From an uncultured Alphaproteobacteria bacterium (GTDB lineage: Bacteria > Pseudomonadota > Alphaproteobacteria > HIMB59 > GCA-002718135): a DNA stretch of 64,000 nt. The stretch is from positions 113,774-177,773 of the forward strand of contig CACHSZ010000001.1 in assembly GCA_902582755.1 (NCBI GenBank), read 5' to 3'. The translations under genes were made by a program, and so were the position numbers. Below are positions 38,172 through 50,155 of the stretch, piece by piece. Under the pieces are notes generated by a model. The model saw only the letters and a program-made list of their open reading frames with translations. It ran no database searches and was not told where the DNA came from. The first letter of the stretch is position 1. Each line of letters opens with the position of its first letter.

Positions 38172-39019
38172 TGAACACAAATAACGCTGATAAATCATCG
38201 AGCTGGAAAAATTGGATAATTAAAAAATTATTATCCAATGATTCAACAAAAGAAGACATTTTAAATTTTATAGCTAATGATGAAGACGATAAAGATCTTG
38301 AAAATCTAAATGACAATAATGAAAAAAATCTAATTAAGAATATCGTAAATTTGAATGAAAAAAGTGTTGAAGATTTAATGATACCAAGAAGTGAAATAAT
38401 AGCTATAGATCATGACAAATCATACAATGAAATTCTAGAAGTCATTAAAGACGAGGGGCATTCTAGATTTCCTGTATATAAAAAAAATATTGATAACGTA
38501 ATCGGCTTCTTTCATATAAAAGACTTTATTAAATCATCACAACATTCTTTTCAAATGAATGAAATTATAAGAGATGTTTTATATGTTGCACCAAAATCAC
38601 CAATTTTAGATTTACTAAAAACAATGAGATCATCGAGGATACATATAGGGCTTGTTGTTGACGGAGTTGGGGGTGTAGACGGACTGGTTACAATAGAAGA
38701 TTTAGTTGAAGAAATTGTTGGTGAGATAGAAGATGAACATGATGCTGAGGATGAGGAAGAATTAGTTTATAAAAAATCAGATAATTCAATAACTGTAAAT
38801 GCTAGCTATAGAGTGGAAGATTTAGAGGAATATTTTGCCATTAACATTCCTAGAAATGAGGATGATGAAACTTCTTCTGTAGGAGGTCTAGTGTATGAAA
38901 AAATTAATAGGATACCAAAAAATAATGAAATAATAGATTTTAATCATGAACTTAGGATTAAGATTATTAAATCAAACAACAGAAAAATTGAAATAGTTGA
39001 AGTAAATAAAAATAATTGA
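38171..39019 (+). CDS. corC: CBS-pair / CorC-HlyC Mg/Co efflux-associated protein
   Basis: MIPRSEI, GHSRFPVY, GLVTIEDLVEEIVGEIEDEHD. Confidence 0.88.
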   Translation: MNTNNADKSSSWKNWIIKKLLSNDSTKEDILNFIANDEDDKDLENLNDNNEKNLIKNIVNLNEKSVEDLMIPRSEIIAIDHDKSYNEILEVIKDEGHSRFPVYKKNIDNVIGFFHIKDFIKSSQHSFQMNEIIRDVLYVAPKSPILDLLKTMRSSRIHIGLVVDGVGGVDGLVTIEDLVEEIVGEIEDEHDAEDEEELVYKKSDNSITVNASYRVEDLEEYFAINIPRNEDDETSSVGGLVYEKINRIPKNNEIIDFNHELRIKIIKSNNRKIEIVEVNKNN

Positions 39020-40467
39020 TTACTTTAATTTATTTAACACTAGGACTTCTAACATCACTTTTATTTCCTCCATATTTTTTCTTACCGTTAGGTTTTATAA
39101 TTTTCCCCTCTCTTTGTTTGTTATTAGATTTAAATAGAAAAAATAATATTAATTTAAATATTTTTAAAAATTTTTCAGTTTTTGGTTTTGGGTTTTTTAT
39201 AAGCTATTTAATTTGGGTTAAAAATCCTTTTTATGTTTTTGAAGAAACAAAAAACTTTTTTTTAGTTTTTCTATTATTAATAATCTTATTATCTTTAATT
39301 CTAAGTTTAATATTTACAATAATCTTAAAGTTTGGGAAAAATATTCCAATATTTTTTTTGATTCCATTTATATTCACTATTACTGAATTTATAATTTCAA
39401 TTATTTTTTATGGATTCCCTTGGTTTACATTTTCTTTGGTTATCTCAAGTAATGAATATCTACTTTTTTCATTAAAATCTTTTGGAACATTAATTTCAAG
39501 TTATTTAATAATTCAAATATTCTGCTTACCTTTTATTTTTATTTCCAAAGTAAATTTGAAAACGGAAATAAGATATCTTTCACTTTTCATTTTTTTGCCA
39601 ATAATTTTTTTACTAATCTCAAATGTTAATTCTCAAAATAATAATTTTAAAACCAAAACTATAGATTTAGAAATTTTTCAATTAAATTTTAAAAATAATG
39701 ATAAATCCTTAACTCCAGAAAAAAAACTAAATATAATAATTAATAATATTCAAAAAAGTACTGCAGATTTGTTGATATTTGGTGAAAATAATTTCCCTTA
39801 TCTTTTAGACGATTTTGATCTAAAAATCTTAAAAAATACTTTAAAAGAAAATCAAGTATTAATCATTGGTGCTACAAGATTTGACAATAATAAATATTAT
39901 AATAGTCTAATCAGTATTACCACATCAAAGGTAAATTACTTTGACAAAAAAATACTTGTTCCTTTCGGAGAATTCTTACCTCTTAGAAATTTGCTTAATT
40001 TTTTAGAGAGAATTGTTGGCCCAAATAATTTTTCAAAAGGTAATGAACAAAGATTAATTAATTTATCAAATAATATAAGTTTTATTCCTGTAATTTGTTA
40101 TGAGATAGTTTTTTATTGGAAACTCTTAAACAAATTAAATTATAATAGTAATTTTATTATAAATATAACAAATGATTTTTGGTTTGGTAAATATATAGGT
40201 CCATATCAGCATTTTTATTTAACCAAAATTAGAGCTGCAGAGTTTAATAAACCAGTAATACGTGTATCTAATAATGGTATATCTGCTGTGATAGACAATA
40301 AAGGCAGTATAATTAAAAACACTGAGCTAAATAAAACTGAAAAATTTAAATATAAATTAAATGTTCAAGAAAATATCAATTTTGTTAATTTACATTTAAT
40401 ACTCAAAATTTACTTTTTAATTATTTTTCTTTTTATTACTTTCTATTATTTTAGAAAAAATGTTTAA
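39016..40467 (+). CDS. lnt: Apolipoprotein N-acyltransferase
   Basis: GFPW, KKILVPFGEFLP, ICYE, NITNDFWFG...GPYQH, RAAE, RVSNNGIS; TTG start. Confidence 0.9.
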   Translation: MITLIYLTLGLLTSLLFPPYFFLPLGFIIFPSLCLLLDLNRKNNINLNIFKNFSVFGFGFFISYLIWVKNPFYVFEETKNFFLVFLLLIILLSLILSLIFTIILKFGKNIPIFFLIPFIFTITEFIISIIFYGFPWFTFSLVISSNEYLLFSLKSFGTLISSYLIIQIFCLPFIFISKVNLKTEIRYLSLFIFLPIIFLLISNVNSQNNNFKTKTIDLEIFQLNFKNNDKSLTPEKKLNIIINNIQKSTADLLIFGENNFPYLLDDFDLKILKNTLKENQVLIIGATRFDNNKYYNSLISITTSKVNYFDKKILVPFGEFLPLRNLLNFLERIVGPNNFSKGNEQRLINLSNNISFIPVICYEIVFYWKLLNKLNYNSNFIINITNDFWFGKYIGPYQHFYLTKIRAAEFNKPVIRVSNNGISAVIDNKGSIIKNTELNKTEKFKYKLNVQENINFVNLHLILKIYFLIIFLFITFYYFRKNV

Positions 40468-41116
40468 TAGCAATTATACAAATCGATTATTTGGAAGAAC
40501 AAGAGGAAGAAGTAAGAAAAAAATTAATTTAAAAAATTATTATGAAATAGTTGATAAATACAAGTTTCAAAATTTTAATAAAGAAACTGAATATATCCTT
40601 GATGTAGGTACTGGTTATGGTGAAACTAGCATCTTTCTTGCAAAGCAATTCCCAGATAAAGTTATTATATCTTGTGAAAAATACATAGATGGAAATATAA
40701 TCTTACTTAAAAATATTGAAAACAGTAAGATAAAAAATATTCAATTACATAATGGAAATGTTTATAATATTTTAGACAGTGTAAATAAGAAATATTTTAA
40801 GCTTGTATGGATTTTTTTTCCTGATCCTTGGCCAAAAAATAGACACGCTAAACGTAGATTGGTAACAAGTGATTTTTTAGTAAAACTTCATAAAAACATG
40901 AAAGAAAATAGTGAGATATATATAGCTACAGATTCAGCAATTTATGTTAGATTTATTTTAAACTCAATTTATAAATGTAAGGATTATTTTCTATGGGTTA
41001 ACCAATCTAAAATTAATTTAGGCATAAAAGATTATTTTAATATTGAGACAAAATATTATAAAAAAGCAATCAATTCTCAAAGAAAACCATGTTTATTCAT
41101 TTTGAGAAAATTATAA
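40460..41116 (+). CDS. trmB: tRNA (guanine-N7)-methyltransferase
   Basis: LDVGTGYGE, FFPDPWPKNRHAKRRL, ATD, TKY. Confidence 0.92.
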   Translation: MFNSNYTNRLFGRTRGRSKKKINLKNYYEIVDKYKFQNFNKETEYILDVGTGYGETSIFLAKQFPDKVIISCEKYIDGNIILLKNIENSKIKNIQLHNGNVYNILDSVNKKYFKLVWIFFPDPWPKNRHAKRRLVTSDFLVKLHKNMKENSEIYIATDSAIYVRFILNSIYKCKDYFLWVNQSKINLGIKDYFNIETKYYKKAINSQRKPCLFILRKL

Positions 41117-41156
41117 GCTTGAAATTCTGTAAAATATTAATATACGCAATATTATT

Positions 41157-41182
41157 AAGGTGGGTTATCCCACCTTTTTTTT
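41157..41182 (+). terminator. rimP-leader-like attenuator hairpin directly upstream of nusA
   Basis: AAGGTGGG-TTAT-CCCACCTT-TTTTTT, 6 bp before the nusA ATG; TTGAAA...TATACG promoter-like sequence at 41119-41146. Confidence 0.75.
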
Positions 41183-41188
41183 ATAACT

Positions 41189-42727
41189 ATGGCTAAAAAA
41201 AAATATAATGTAATTAGAGAAGAAATGCTTCAGGTTGCTTCTAATGTAGCGCAAGAAAAAAATATTGATCAAGATTCAGTTTTCTCAGCGATGGAGCAAG
41301 CATTAGAAAAAGCTGCAAGAGTCAAATATGGTCAAGAAATTGATATAAGGATTGCTATTGATAGAGCTACGGGTGATATAAAGTTAAATTCGTACCTTGA
41401 AGTAGTTGAAAATATCGAACAAGAATTACAATCTAGGCAAATTCTTTTAGAAGATGCAAAAAAAACTAATCCTGAAATTAAAATAGGAGAGTTTATTGTA
41501 AAGGAATTACCACCAATCGAATTAGGAAGAGTAGCTGCACAAAACGCAAAAGGAGTAATAATTCAAAAAGTAAGAGAAGCCGATAAATCTAATCAATATG
41601 AAGAATATAAAGATAAAGTTGGTGAAATAGCAATTGGTATAGTCAAAAGAACTGAATTTGGAAATTTAATTATAGATTTAGGTAAGAGTGAAGCAATAAT
41701 TAAAAGAGAAGAACTCATTCCAAGAGAAACATTTAAAAATGGAGATAGAGTTAGAGCTTACATATATGAGGTAAAAAATGACGTCAAAGGCTATCAAGTT
41801 TTTTTATCTAGAACCCATCCTCAGTTTTTATCAAAACTATTTTTTCAAGAGGTGCCTGAAATATACGAAGGTGTTATTGTTGTTAAAAGTGTTGCTAGGG
41901 ATCCTGGCTCAAGAGCTAAAATAAGTGTTTTCACTGAAGACTCAACTATCGATCCGGTTGGTGCTTGTGTTGGAATGAGAGGCTCAAGAGTACAAGCTGT
42001 AGTTAATGAATTACAAGGTGAAAAAATAGATATTGTAACTTGGTCAGATAATCAAGCTACTTTTTTAGCAAATGCACTTGCTCCTGCAGAAGTAAGTAAG
42101 ATTTTTTTATATGAAGAAAAAAATAAAGTTGAAGTTGTAATACCTGATGACCAGTTAAGTTTGGCGATAGGAAGAAAAGGACAAAATGTAAAACTTGCTT
42201 CAAATTTAACTAGTTTAGAAATAGATATCTTAACTGAGGATGAAGAATCAGAAAGAAGACAACAAGAATTTAAAGAAAAAAGTGTTTTACTTGCCGAGAC
42301 TCTTGATGTTGAAGATGTTATTGCCCAGCTACTTGTCACCGATGGTTATACCACTGTTGAGTCTATAGCTTCAGAAACTTTGGAAAATTTAGAGAAAATA
42401 GAAGGTTTTGATACTACTTTAGCACAAGAAATAATTGATAGATCTAAAAGTTTTGTACAAGATAAAGAAGAGTCTGACAAAAAACTTATAGAAGAAAATA
42501 TTAATGATGAAAAATTAAAAAATTTAAAGGGTATGAATAATAGTATTCTGGCAGAACTTGCAAAATCAAATATTTTTAATGTTAATGATTTTGCTGATTT
42601 AGCAACATTTGAACTAATAGACAAAGAAGAAGGAATTTTAAAAGAATTAGATCTTGATGAGGAAATTGCGAATAACATGATAATGGAAGCAAGAAGTTTC
42701 TGGTCTGAAGAACAAAATAAGGATTAA
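41189..42727 (+). CDS. nusA: Transcription termination/antitermination factor
   Basis: GRVAAQNAK, LSRTHPQF, ARDPGSRAKI, GACVGMRGSRVQ, LAIGRKGQNVKLAS. Confidence 0.97.
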   Translation: MAKKKYNVIREEMLQVASNVAQEKNIDQDSVFSAMEQALEKAARVKYGQEIDIRIAIDRATGDIKLNSYLEVVENIEQELQSRQILLEDAKKTNPEIKIGEFIVKELPPIELGRVAAQNAKGVIIQKVREADKSNQYEEYKDKVGEIAIGIVKRTEFGNLIIDLGKSEAIIKREELIPRETFKNGDRVRAYIYEVKNDVKGYQVFLSRTHPQFLSKLFFQEVPEIYEGVIVVKSVARDPGSRAKISVFTEDSTIDPVGACVGMRGSRVQAVVNELQGEKIDIVTWSDNQATFLANALAPAEVSKIFLYEEKNKVEVVIPDDQLSLAIGRKGQNVKLASNLTSLEIDILTEDEESERRQQEFKEKSVLLAETLDVEDVIAQLLVTDGYTTVESIASETLENLEKIEGFDTTLAQEIIDRSKSFVQDKEESDKKLIEENINDEKLKNLKGMNNSILAELAKSNIFNVNDFADLATFELIDKEEGILKELDLDEEIANNMIMEARSFWSEEQNKD

Positions 42728-42729
42728 AA

Positions 42730-44976
42730 TTGGATAAAGATAAAGATAAAGGTAATAAGAAAAAACCCCTAAAATTATCTTCATCAGGGAGATTACAAAT
42801 AAGAAAAAATCTTGGACCAGCTGGTGACAAAGCGAGAACAAGTGGTAATAAGAAAACAATTCAGATTGTCTTCAAAAATAAAAATAACCAGCAGAAAAGT
42901 TCATCCACAACTCAATCAAATTTTAGAGGATCGTCTAGTTTAAGAACGCCAAGACCAGGAATAAATTCCTCGCCTCAACCAAATTTTTCTTCTCCTAATA
43001 AAACCAGAAATTTTGAAAATAAAAATAAAAAGAGTGTAGATAAAAAAACCCAACAAAAAAAATCAACTCTTAGACCTATTGAAGATGATTTTAGTAAATC
43101 TGATGCAAAAAAAATACTAGAACAAGAAGAACAAGAATTTGATAAATTTCCTAGTTTAGCAAAAATAAAAAGAGCTAGAGAAAAAGAAAGACTTAAATCA
43201 GTTAATGAAGAAGATGAGAGTAAAATTTCTAGAGAAATTTCCATCCCTGATTTTATTACGGTTCAAGATCTAGCCAATAGAATGGCTGAAAAGACTGCAG
43301 ACGTAGTTAAGGTTCTTATGAAAATGGGTGTTATGGCAAACGCAACACAATCTTTAGAATCTGATACAGCTCAATTAGTTGCAGAAGAATTAGGTCATAA
43401 AGTAACTGTTGTTAAAGATGATGATGTATTAAATGAAATTAAAGATTTTGAAGATCATAAAGATAGTCTTATTAAAAGAGCTCCTGTAGTAACAATCATG
43501 GGCCATGTTGATCATGGTAAGACCTCCTTACTCGATGCTTTTAGGCAAAGTAACGTTGTATCTGGTGAAGCAGGGGGTATCACTCAACATATTGGTGCTT
43601 ATCAAATCAATAACAATAATAAAAAAATTACATTTATCGATACTCCAGGTCATGCTGCTTTCTCAAATATGCGAGCAAGAGGATCTAAGACAACTGATAT
43701 AGTTATACTTGTTGTGGCAGCTGATGATGGAATTAAACCTCAAACAATCGAATCTATTGCACATGCAAAATCTGCAGAAGTTCCTATAATAGTTGCTATT
43801 AACAAAATTGATCTCCCAGGAGCTGATCCTGATAAAGTAAGAAATGAATTACTTAGTCATGAAGTAATTGTTGAAAAATTAAGTGGTGAAGTTTTAGATA
43901 TAGAAGTATCAGCAACTAAAGGAACAAATTTAGATAAGTTAGAAGAGGCAATTCATTTACAAGCAGACCTTCTTAATCTCAAAGCTAATCCTGATAGAAA
44001 AGCAAGAGGATCTGTTATTGAATCTAAACTAGAAAAAGGGAGAGGTTCAGTTGCAACTATTCTAGTACAAAAAGGAACTCTAAAAGTAAGTGATATTTTT
44101 GTATCGGGATCTGAGTGGGGAAAAGTTAAAGCTTTAATTGACGACAAAGGTAAAAATATAAAACAGGCTGAACCATCAGTACCAGTTGAAGTTTTGGGTT
44201 TTGATTCTAATCCATTAGCTGGTGATGATTTTATTGTAGTTGAAAATGAGGGAATTGCCCGTAAAATTGCTGAATTTAGAACAAGTAAATTACAAATTCA
44301 AAAAAATACAGTGGCTAAATCAAATGTTGAAGAAATGTTTGCGCAGATTAATAAAGGTGAAGCAACAAGTCTTCCAGTAGTAATTAAAACAGATGTTCAA
44401 GGATCTGCAGAAGCAATTGAAAGTTCAATAACTAAACTCTCAACTGATGAAGTTAAGGTCAATGTTATTTATAAAGGTGTGGGTGCAATTACTGAGAGTG
44501 ATGTTACGTTAGCTGGTTCTGGGAAAGGTTTTATTGTTGGATTTAATGTTAGAGCGCTACCTCATGCAAGAGATATAGCAAAAAGAGATGGTGTCGATAT
44601 TAAATATTATTCAATTATTTATGAGCTTATTGATGATGTAAAAAATCTTTTAACTGGTTTATTAAAACCTGATATTTCTGAAAATATAACAGGTAATGTA
44701 GAGATCAGAGAGGTATTTAATATTTCCAAAATTGGAAATATTGCAGGTTGTATGGTTAAAGATGGTCTTATTTCTAGAAAATCACAGATTAGAATTCTAA
44801 GAGACAACATTGTAATTCATAAAGGTCAAATTAGTAGTTTAAAAAGATTTAAGGAAGAAGTATCTGAGGTTAAGTCTGGTTTCGAGTGTGGTGTAATGTT
44901 AGACAATTATAGTGATATAAAAGTAGGTGATATTATTGAAACATTTGAGGAAGTTTCTACAAGTAGAAAGTTATAA
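42730..44976 (+). CDS. infB: Translation initiation factor IF-2
   Basis: GHVDHGKTSLLD, GGITQHIGAY, DTPGHAAF, NKID, SLKRFK; TTG start. Confidence 0.97.
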   Translation: MDKDKDKGNKKKPLKLSSSGRLQIRKNLGPAGDKARTSGNKKTIQIVFKNKNNQQKSSSTTQSNFRGSSSLRTPRPGINSSPQPNFSSPNKTRNFENKNKKSVDKKTQQKKSTLRPIEDDFSKSDAKKILEQEEQEFDKFPSLAKIKRAREKERLKSVNEEDESKISREISIPDFITVQDLANRMAEKTADVVKVLMKMGVMANATQSLESDTAQLVAEELGHKVTVVKDDDVLNEIKDFEDHKDSLIKRAPVVTIMGHVDHGKTSLLDAFRQSNVVSGEAGGITQHIGAYQINNNNKKITFIDTPGHAAFSNMRARGSKTTDIVILVVAADDGIKPQTIESIAHAKSAEVPIIVAINKIDLPGADPDKVRNELLSHEVIVEKLSGEVLDIEVSATKGTNLDKLEEAIHLQADLLNLKANPDRKARGSVIESKLEKGRGSVATILVQKGTLKVSDIFVSGSEWGKVKALIDDKGKNIKQAEPSVPVEVLGFDSNPLAGDDFIVVENEGIARKIAEFRTSKLQIQKNTVAKSNVEEMFAQINKGEATSLPVVIKTDVQGSAEAIESSITKLSTDEVKVNVIYKGVGAITESDVTLAGSGKGFIVGFNVRALPHARDIAKRDGVDIKYYSIIYELIDDVKNLLTGLLKPDISENITGNVEIREVFNISKIGNIAGCMVKDGLISRKSQIRILRDNIVIHKGQISSLKRFKEEVSEVKSGFECGVMLDNYSDIKVGDIIETFEEVSTSRKL

Positions 44977-44988
44977 TGTTTTTTTACA

Positions 44989-45354
44989 ATGGATACACAG
45001 AGGCAAATTAGATACGGTGAGCTCATTAGATCATTACTGAGTGATTGTTTACTAAAAGAAGATTTTTTTGATGAAAATATCAACTCTTCATCAATTACAA
45101 TATCATTTGTAAGAATGTCTAAAGATTTAAAGATTGCCAATGTATATTTTATGCCTCTTGGTGGTAAGGACAAAACACAAATTTTAGAAGTTTTGAAAGA
45201 TAGAAAATATATTTTTCAAAAATTCTTATCAAAAGCAAAAATTAATTCAAAATTCACTCCAAAACTCTCTTTTTATTTAGATGACACATTTGATGAAGCA
45301 GAAAAAATTGAAAATCTACTATTGAACAAAAATGTCCTCAGAGATATTAAGTAA
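44989..45354 (+). CDS. rbfA: Ribosome-binding factor A
   Basis: QRQIRYGELIR, VRMSKDLKIANVY, FTPKLSFYLD; synteny. Confidence 0.92.
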   Translation: MDTQRQIRYGELIRSLLSDCLLKEDFFDENINSSSITISFVRMSKDLKIANVYFMPLGGKDKTQILEVLKDRKYIFQKFLSKAKINSKFTPKLSFYLDDTFDEAEKIENLLLNKNVLRDIK

Positions 45355-46259
45355 TGATTTCAAAACAAGGTTGGATTAATTTATATAAACCCAAGAACAT
45401 TACATCTTTTAAAGCCATAAGTTTTATTAAAAAAAAATTTTTAATTAATAAAATTGGTCATTCAGGTACTTTAGACCCTATGGCAGAAGGTGTCCTACCA
45501 ATTGCTATAGGGAAAGCAACAAAACTTATTCCATATATTAGTAATATGAGTAAAGAATATGAGTTTACAGTAACTTGGGGAACTCAGACAACAACAGATG
45601 ATGCGGAAGGTAAAATTTTATTTGAATCAAATTACCTCCCTAAAAGAAAAGAAATAGAAAAAAAAATTATTAAATATATTGGTTATATAAATCAGATACC
45701 TCCAAAAGTTTCTGCAGTTAAAATTAATGGTAAAAGAGCTTATAAATTATTTAGAGAAAATAAAAAATTTACGATTCAACCAAAAAAAGTTTTTATCGAA
45801 AATTTATGTATTACTGACCATAGTATAAACAAAACGTCATTTAAAATTTTATGTGGGCAGGGCTTTTATGTCAGAAGTCTAGCTCGTGATTTAGCTATAG
45901 ATCTCAAAACGTATGGCCACATTTCTTCATTGAAAAGGACAAAAGTTGGAAAATTCAGTGAAAAAACTTCGATTTTACTGGACGATCTACTAAAAATAGG
46001 ACAAACGCACGGAGAAATTAATTGTATCTCTACTACAATTTCTATGCTGGACGACATCTTGGCTTATGAAATTGAAGAAATATTAGATATTGAAAATCTA
46101 TCTTTTGGGAGATCTATTAAAATTGATGAAAAAAAAATTATAAATTCTTCGTCAATTAACTTAGATAAAAAAAACATTTTTTTATTTAAGAAAGGAGACA
46201 TTGTCTCAATAGGCAAATTAGATGGTAATTTGTTTAAACCAAACAAAATATTAATATAG
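45354..46259 (+). CDS. truB: tRNA pseudouridine(55) synthase
   Basis: [43 protein letters not shown]. Confidence 0.95.
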   Translation: MISKQGWINLYKPKNITSFKAISFIKKKFLINKIGHSGTLDPMAEGVLPIAIGKATKLIPYISNMSKEYEFTVTWGTQTTTDDAEGKILFESNYLPKRKEIEKKIIKYIGYINQIPPKVSAVKINGKRAYKLFRENKKFTIQPKKVFIENLCITDHSINKTSFKILCGQGFYVRSLARDLAIDLKTYGHISSLKRTKVGKFSEKTSILLDDLLKIGQTHGEINCISTTISMLDDILAYEIEEILDIENLSFGRSIKIDEKKIINSSSINLDKKNIFLFKKGDIVSIGKLDGNLFKPNKILI

Positions 46260-46267
46260 GAGAACCG

Positions 46268-46537
46268 ATGTCGATAACTAAAGAAAATAAAAAAAATCTT
46301 ATTAATGAATTTTCAAAAAATGAAAAAGATACTGGATCAGCAAGTGTTCAGATAGCAGTTTTAACAGAAAGAATTAAAAATTTGACTGAGCATTTTAAGA
46401 CTCATAATAAAGATAATCATTCAAAAAGAGGACTAGTATCATTAGTTAATAAAAGAAAAAAATTACTAAACTACTTATCTAAAAAAAATAAATCTGAATA
46501 TTCAGATTTAATAAAAAAATTAAATATTAGAGGTTAA
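46268..46537 (+). CDS. rpsO: 30S ribosomal protein S15
   Basis: [30 protein letters not shown]. Confidence 0.97.
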   Translation: MSITKENKKNLINEFSKNEKDTGSASVQIAVLTERIKNLTEHFKTHNKDNHSKRGLVSLVNKRKKLLNYLSKKNKSEYSDLIKKLNIRG

Positions 46538-46558
46538 AAAAGAGGATAAATAAAAATT

Positions 46559-48652
46559 ATGTTTGATGTGAAAAATATAGAAATTGAATGGGCAGGAAGA
46601 AAACTTAAATTAGAAACAGGAAAAATAGCAAGACAAGCCGACTCTACAGTTATAGCTACTTATGGTGGTACAACAGTTATGTGTAATGTAGTTGCCGCTA
46701 AAGAAGCAAATCCAGATATGGATTTTTTTCCCTTAACAGTAAATTATCAAGAAAAATATTATTCCGTAGGAAAAATACCTGGTGGTTTTTTTAAAAGGGA
46801 GGCTAGACCAACTGAAAAAGAAACTTTAGTTTCTCGATTAATTGATAGGCCTGTTAGACCTTTATTTCATAAAGATTTTAAAAATGAGACTCAAGTTACT
46901 TGTACAGTATTATCGCATGATCAAGAAAATGACTCAGATGTTGTAGCAATGGTAGCAGCAAGTGCTGCACTAACTTTATCTGGCTTGCCATTTTTAGGCC
47001 CGCTAGGAGCAATAAAGATTGGTTTTATAGATGATAAGTTTGTTATCAACCCGAGTAAGAGTCAATTATCAAATTCTAAATTAGAATTAGTGTTGGCAGG
47101 TACTAAGGAAGGTGTACTAATGATTGAGTCTGAAGCTCACGAGCTTTCAGAAAAACAAATGCTAGATGCAGTAGTTCTTGGTCAAGAAAATTATAAAACA
47201 GTGATTGAAGCAATAATTTCCTTAGCTAAAAAAGCTGCAAAAGAACCTTGGGATCTTAAAGAAAAAGATGAAGAAATTAAAAGTCTACCATCTAAAATCG
47301 ACAAAGACTTTGGCAAAGAGTTTATAGATGCATATAAAATAACTGAAAAACAAAAGAGATCAGAAAAATTATCTTCATTAAGAAACGAAATTTCTGAAAA
47401 ATTTGTAAGTGAAACACTTTCACCAGTATTAGTTTCAGATGCAATAAAAAATGTTGAAAAAGATATAGTTAGAGGAGAATTAATTAATACAGGTAATAGA
47501 ATTGACGGAAGGGATACGAAAACAGTTCGTCCAATTGTGTGCGAAACTGGAGTTTTAGAAAGAACTCATGGTTCTGCTTTATTTACAAGAGGAGAAACAC
47601 AAGCTCTTGTAGTTTCAACTTTAGGAACTGGACAAGATGAGCAAAGAATTGATGCAATTGATGGTGAATACACAGAGAATTTTATGTTACATTACAACTT
47701 TCCACCTTACTCTGTTGGTGAGGTAGGTAGAATCGGATCAACAAGTAGAAGAGAAATTGGACATGGAAAACTAGCATGGAGAGCAATTCACCCAATGTTA
47801 CCTTCCAAAGAGAAATTTCCTTATACTTATAGAGTTGTATCTGAGATTACAGAATCTAATGGTTCTAGTTCAATGGCAACTGTTTGTGGTACATCTATGT
47901 CTTTAATGGACGCAGGAGTGCCTTTAGAGAGACCAGTTGCAGGTATTGCAATGGGCTTAATTAAAGAGAATGATAAATATGTAATATTATCAGACATATT
48001 AGGTGATGAAGATCACTTGGGTGATATGGATTTTAAAGTTGCTGGAACTTCTGAGGGAATAACTTCATTACAAATGGATATTAAAATAACCAGTATTACA
48101 GCTGAAATTATGGAAGAAGCATTAGCACAAGCAAAGGATGGAAGATTCCACATACTAGGTGAAATGGCTAAAGCAATTGATAAACCAAACCAATCAATTT
48201 CCCAATACGCACCAACAATAACTAACCTTCAAATAAATAAAGATAAAATTAGAGAAGTTATAGGTAAAGGAGGAGCAGTTATTAGAGAAATATCTGAAAC
48301 AACTGGAGCTAAAATTGAAATTAATGATGAAGGTTTAGTGAGTATTGCAGCTGTAGATCAAAAATCTGGAAATGATGCGTTAGAATGGATCAAAGGTATT
48401 GTGGAAGAGCCAGAGATTGGGAAAATTTATGATGGTAAAGTTATAAAGATAATGGATTTTGGTGCTTTTGTTAATTTCATGGGATCTACAGATGGGCTAG
48501 TTCATATTAGTCAATTAAAAAATGAAAGAGTAGAGAAAGTTGAAGATGTTATTAGTGAAGGAGATATTGTTAAAGTAAAAGTACTGGATATCGATTCGAG
48601 AGGAAAAATAAAACTTTCTATGAAAGCAGTTGACGCAGAAGAAAACGCTTAA
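46559..48652 (+). CDS. pnp: Polyribonucleotide nucleotidyltransferase
   Basis: [49 protein letters not shown]; KH and S1 domains. Confidence 0.97.
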   Translation: MFDVKNIEIEWAGRKLKLETGKIARQADSTVIATYGGTTVMCNVVAAKEANPDMDFFPLTVNYQEKYYSVGKIPGGFFKREARPTEKETLVSRLIDRPVRPLFHKDFKNETQVTCTVLSHDQENDSDVVAMVAASAALTLSGLPFLGPLGAIKIGFIDDKFVINPSKSQLSNSKLELVLAGTKEGVLMIESEAHELSEKQMLDAVVLGQENYKTVIEAIISLAKKAAKEPWDLKEKDEEIKSLPSKIDKDFGKEFIDAYKITEKQKRSEKLSSLRNEISEKFVSETLSPVLVSDAIKNVEKDIVRGELINTGNRIDGRDTKTVRPIVCETGVLERTHGSALFTRGETQALVVSTLGTGQDEQRIDAIDGEYTENFMLHYNFPPYSVGEVGRIGSTSRREIGHGKLAWRAIHPMLPSKEKFPYTYRVVSEITESNGSSSMATVCGTSMSLMDAGVPLERPVAGIAMGLIKENDKYVILSDILGDEDHLGDMDFKVAGTSEGITSLQMDIKITSITAEIMEEALAQAKDGRFHILGEMAKAIDKPNQSISQYAPTITNLQINKDKIREVIGKGGAVIREISETTGAKIEINDEGLVSIAAVDQKSGNDALEWIKGIVEEPEIGKIYDGKVIKIMDFGAFVNFMGSTDGLVHISQLKNERVEKVEDVISEGDIVKVKVLDIDSRGKIKLSMKAVDAEENA

Positions 48653-49385
48653 ATTACCTAAATTAATTGGGCACAGAGGTGTAAAAGATCTGTGTCCAGA
48701 AAACACTTTAGAATCTATTTCTAGAGCATTTGAAATAGGCTTAAATTTTGTAGAGATAGATGTTAAGATCTCTAAAGACAGAGTTCCAATTTTATTACAT
48801 GATGACACACTTGATAGAACTACTAATGGAAGTGGGCTTGCAATTGATTATGATTATGAGAATATAAAAAAACTTGATGCGGGAAAATTTTTTTATAAAG
48901 AAAATACAAATATTTTTGTTCCAAAGTTAGAAGATATTCTTAGTTTGTGTACTAATAATAATGGTAATTTAAATATCGAATTAAAACCCAATAAAAATTT
49001 TGAAAAAGAAAATGTTTATCAAATATATAAAATTACAAAAAATATTAATCAAATAGATATTTTTTTCTCCTCATTTGATATGATGTCTATTTTAGAAATT
49101 TCAAAACTTTACCCCCAATCTATACGTAGTTTTTTATTAGATGATTTTAAAGAATATAATATTGATGATTTGATTAGCATATCAATTAATCATGATTTAA
49201 AAATTTGTGGATTAAATATAGATCTTGTTACGGCTGATATTATAAAAAAAATTAAACAATCCAATATAGCAATAACTGTTTATTCAGATAAAAATATAAA
49301 TTTAACTAGTGCTAATGATATTTTCTCCCTAGGTGTTGATAGTATTTTTGTTGATAATCCCTTAGATTTATTGGGAAAATTTTAG
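48630..49385 (+). CDS. Cytoplasmic glycerophosphodiester phosphodiesterase (UgpQ/GlpQ family)
   Basis: [37 protein letters not shown]. Confidence 0.88.
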   Translation: MTQKKTLKLPKLIGHRGVKDLCPENTLESISRAFEIGLNFVEIDVKISKDRVPILLHDDTLDRTTNGSGLAIDYDYENIKKLDAGKFFYKENTNIFVPKLEDILSLCTNNNGNLNIELKPNKNFEKENVYQIYKITKNINQIDIFFSSFDMMSILEISKLYPQSIRSFLLDDFKEYNIDDLISISINHDLKICGLNIDLVTADIIKKIKQSNIAITVYSDKNINLTSANDIFSLGVDSIFVDNPLDLLGKF

Positions 49386-50155
49386 AACTTATTAGGCATT
49401 CCAATAATATTGTAACCACAGTCAACATAATGTACTTCACCAGTAACTGCAGAAGATAAATCACTAACAAAGTATAAAGCAGATTTTCCAATTTCATCTA
49501 GTTTTGCATTTCGTTTCAATGCTGAATGTTCTTCTGTAAATTTAAACACCTCCCTAGCATTATTTATTGCTGCACCAGCAATTGTTCTCATAGGTCCTGC
49601 CGAGATTGCATTAACACGAATATTTTTTGTACCTAAATCCACACTCAAGTATTTTACACTTGTTTCTAAAGCGGCTTTTGCAACTCCCATTAAATTGTAA
49701 TTTGGTATTACTTTATTTGACCCATAAAAAGTAAGGGTGAGAATACTTCCTCCATCATTCATTATAGGTTCAAAATTTCTTGCAAGACTAGTTAAAGAAA
49801 AACATGATATTTCTAAACAATTAATAAAATTATCCTTCGTAGTATCAACATACCTACCATTTAACTCTGACTTATCTGCAAATGCAACAGCATGAATTAT
49901 AAAATCTATTGTGCCCCATTCTCTTTTTATAATTTCTACAGATTTGTTTATTGAGTCATCATTATTAAAATCACATTCTATTAATATTTTTGAATTAATT
50001 TCTTCAGAAAGTGGTTTCACTCTCTTCAATAATATTTCATTTTGATAACCAATGGCTATTTCAGCACCATTTTCAGCTAGTTGTTTTGCTATACCCCAAG
50101 CAATTGAATGATTATTTGCAATACCAAATACTAAACCTTTTTTATTTCTAAGCAT
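49382..50155 (-). CDS. fabI: Enoyl-ACP reductase
   Basis: [45 protein letters not shown]. Confidence 0.95.
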   Translation of the reverse strand: MLRNKKGLVFGIANNHSIAWGIAKQLAENGAEIAIGYQNEILLKRVKPLSEEINSKILIECDFNNDDSINKSVEIIKREWGTIDFIIHAVAFADKSELNGRYVDTTKDNFINCLEISCFSLTSLARNFEPIMNDGGSILTLTFYGSNKVIPNYNLMGVAKAALETSVKYLSVDLGTKNIRVNAISAGPMRTIAGAAINNAREVFKFTEEHSALKRNAKLDEIGKSALYFVSDLSSAVTGEVHYVDCGYNIIGMPNKF

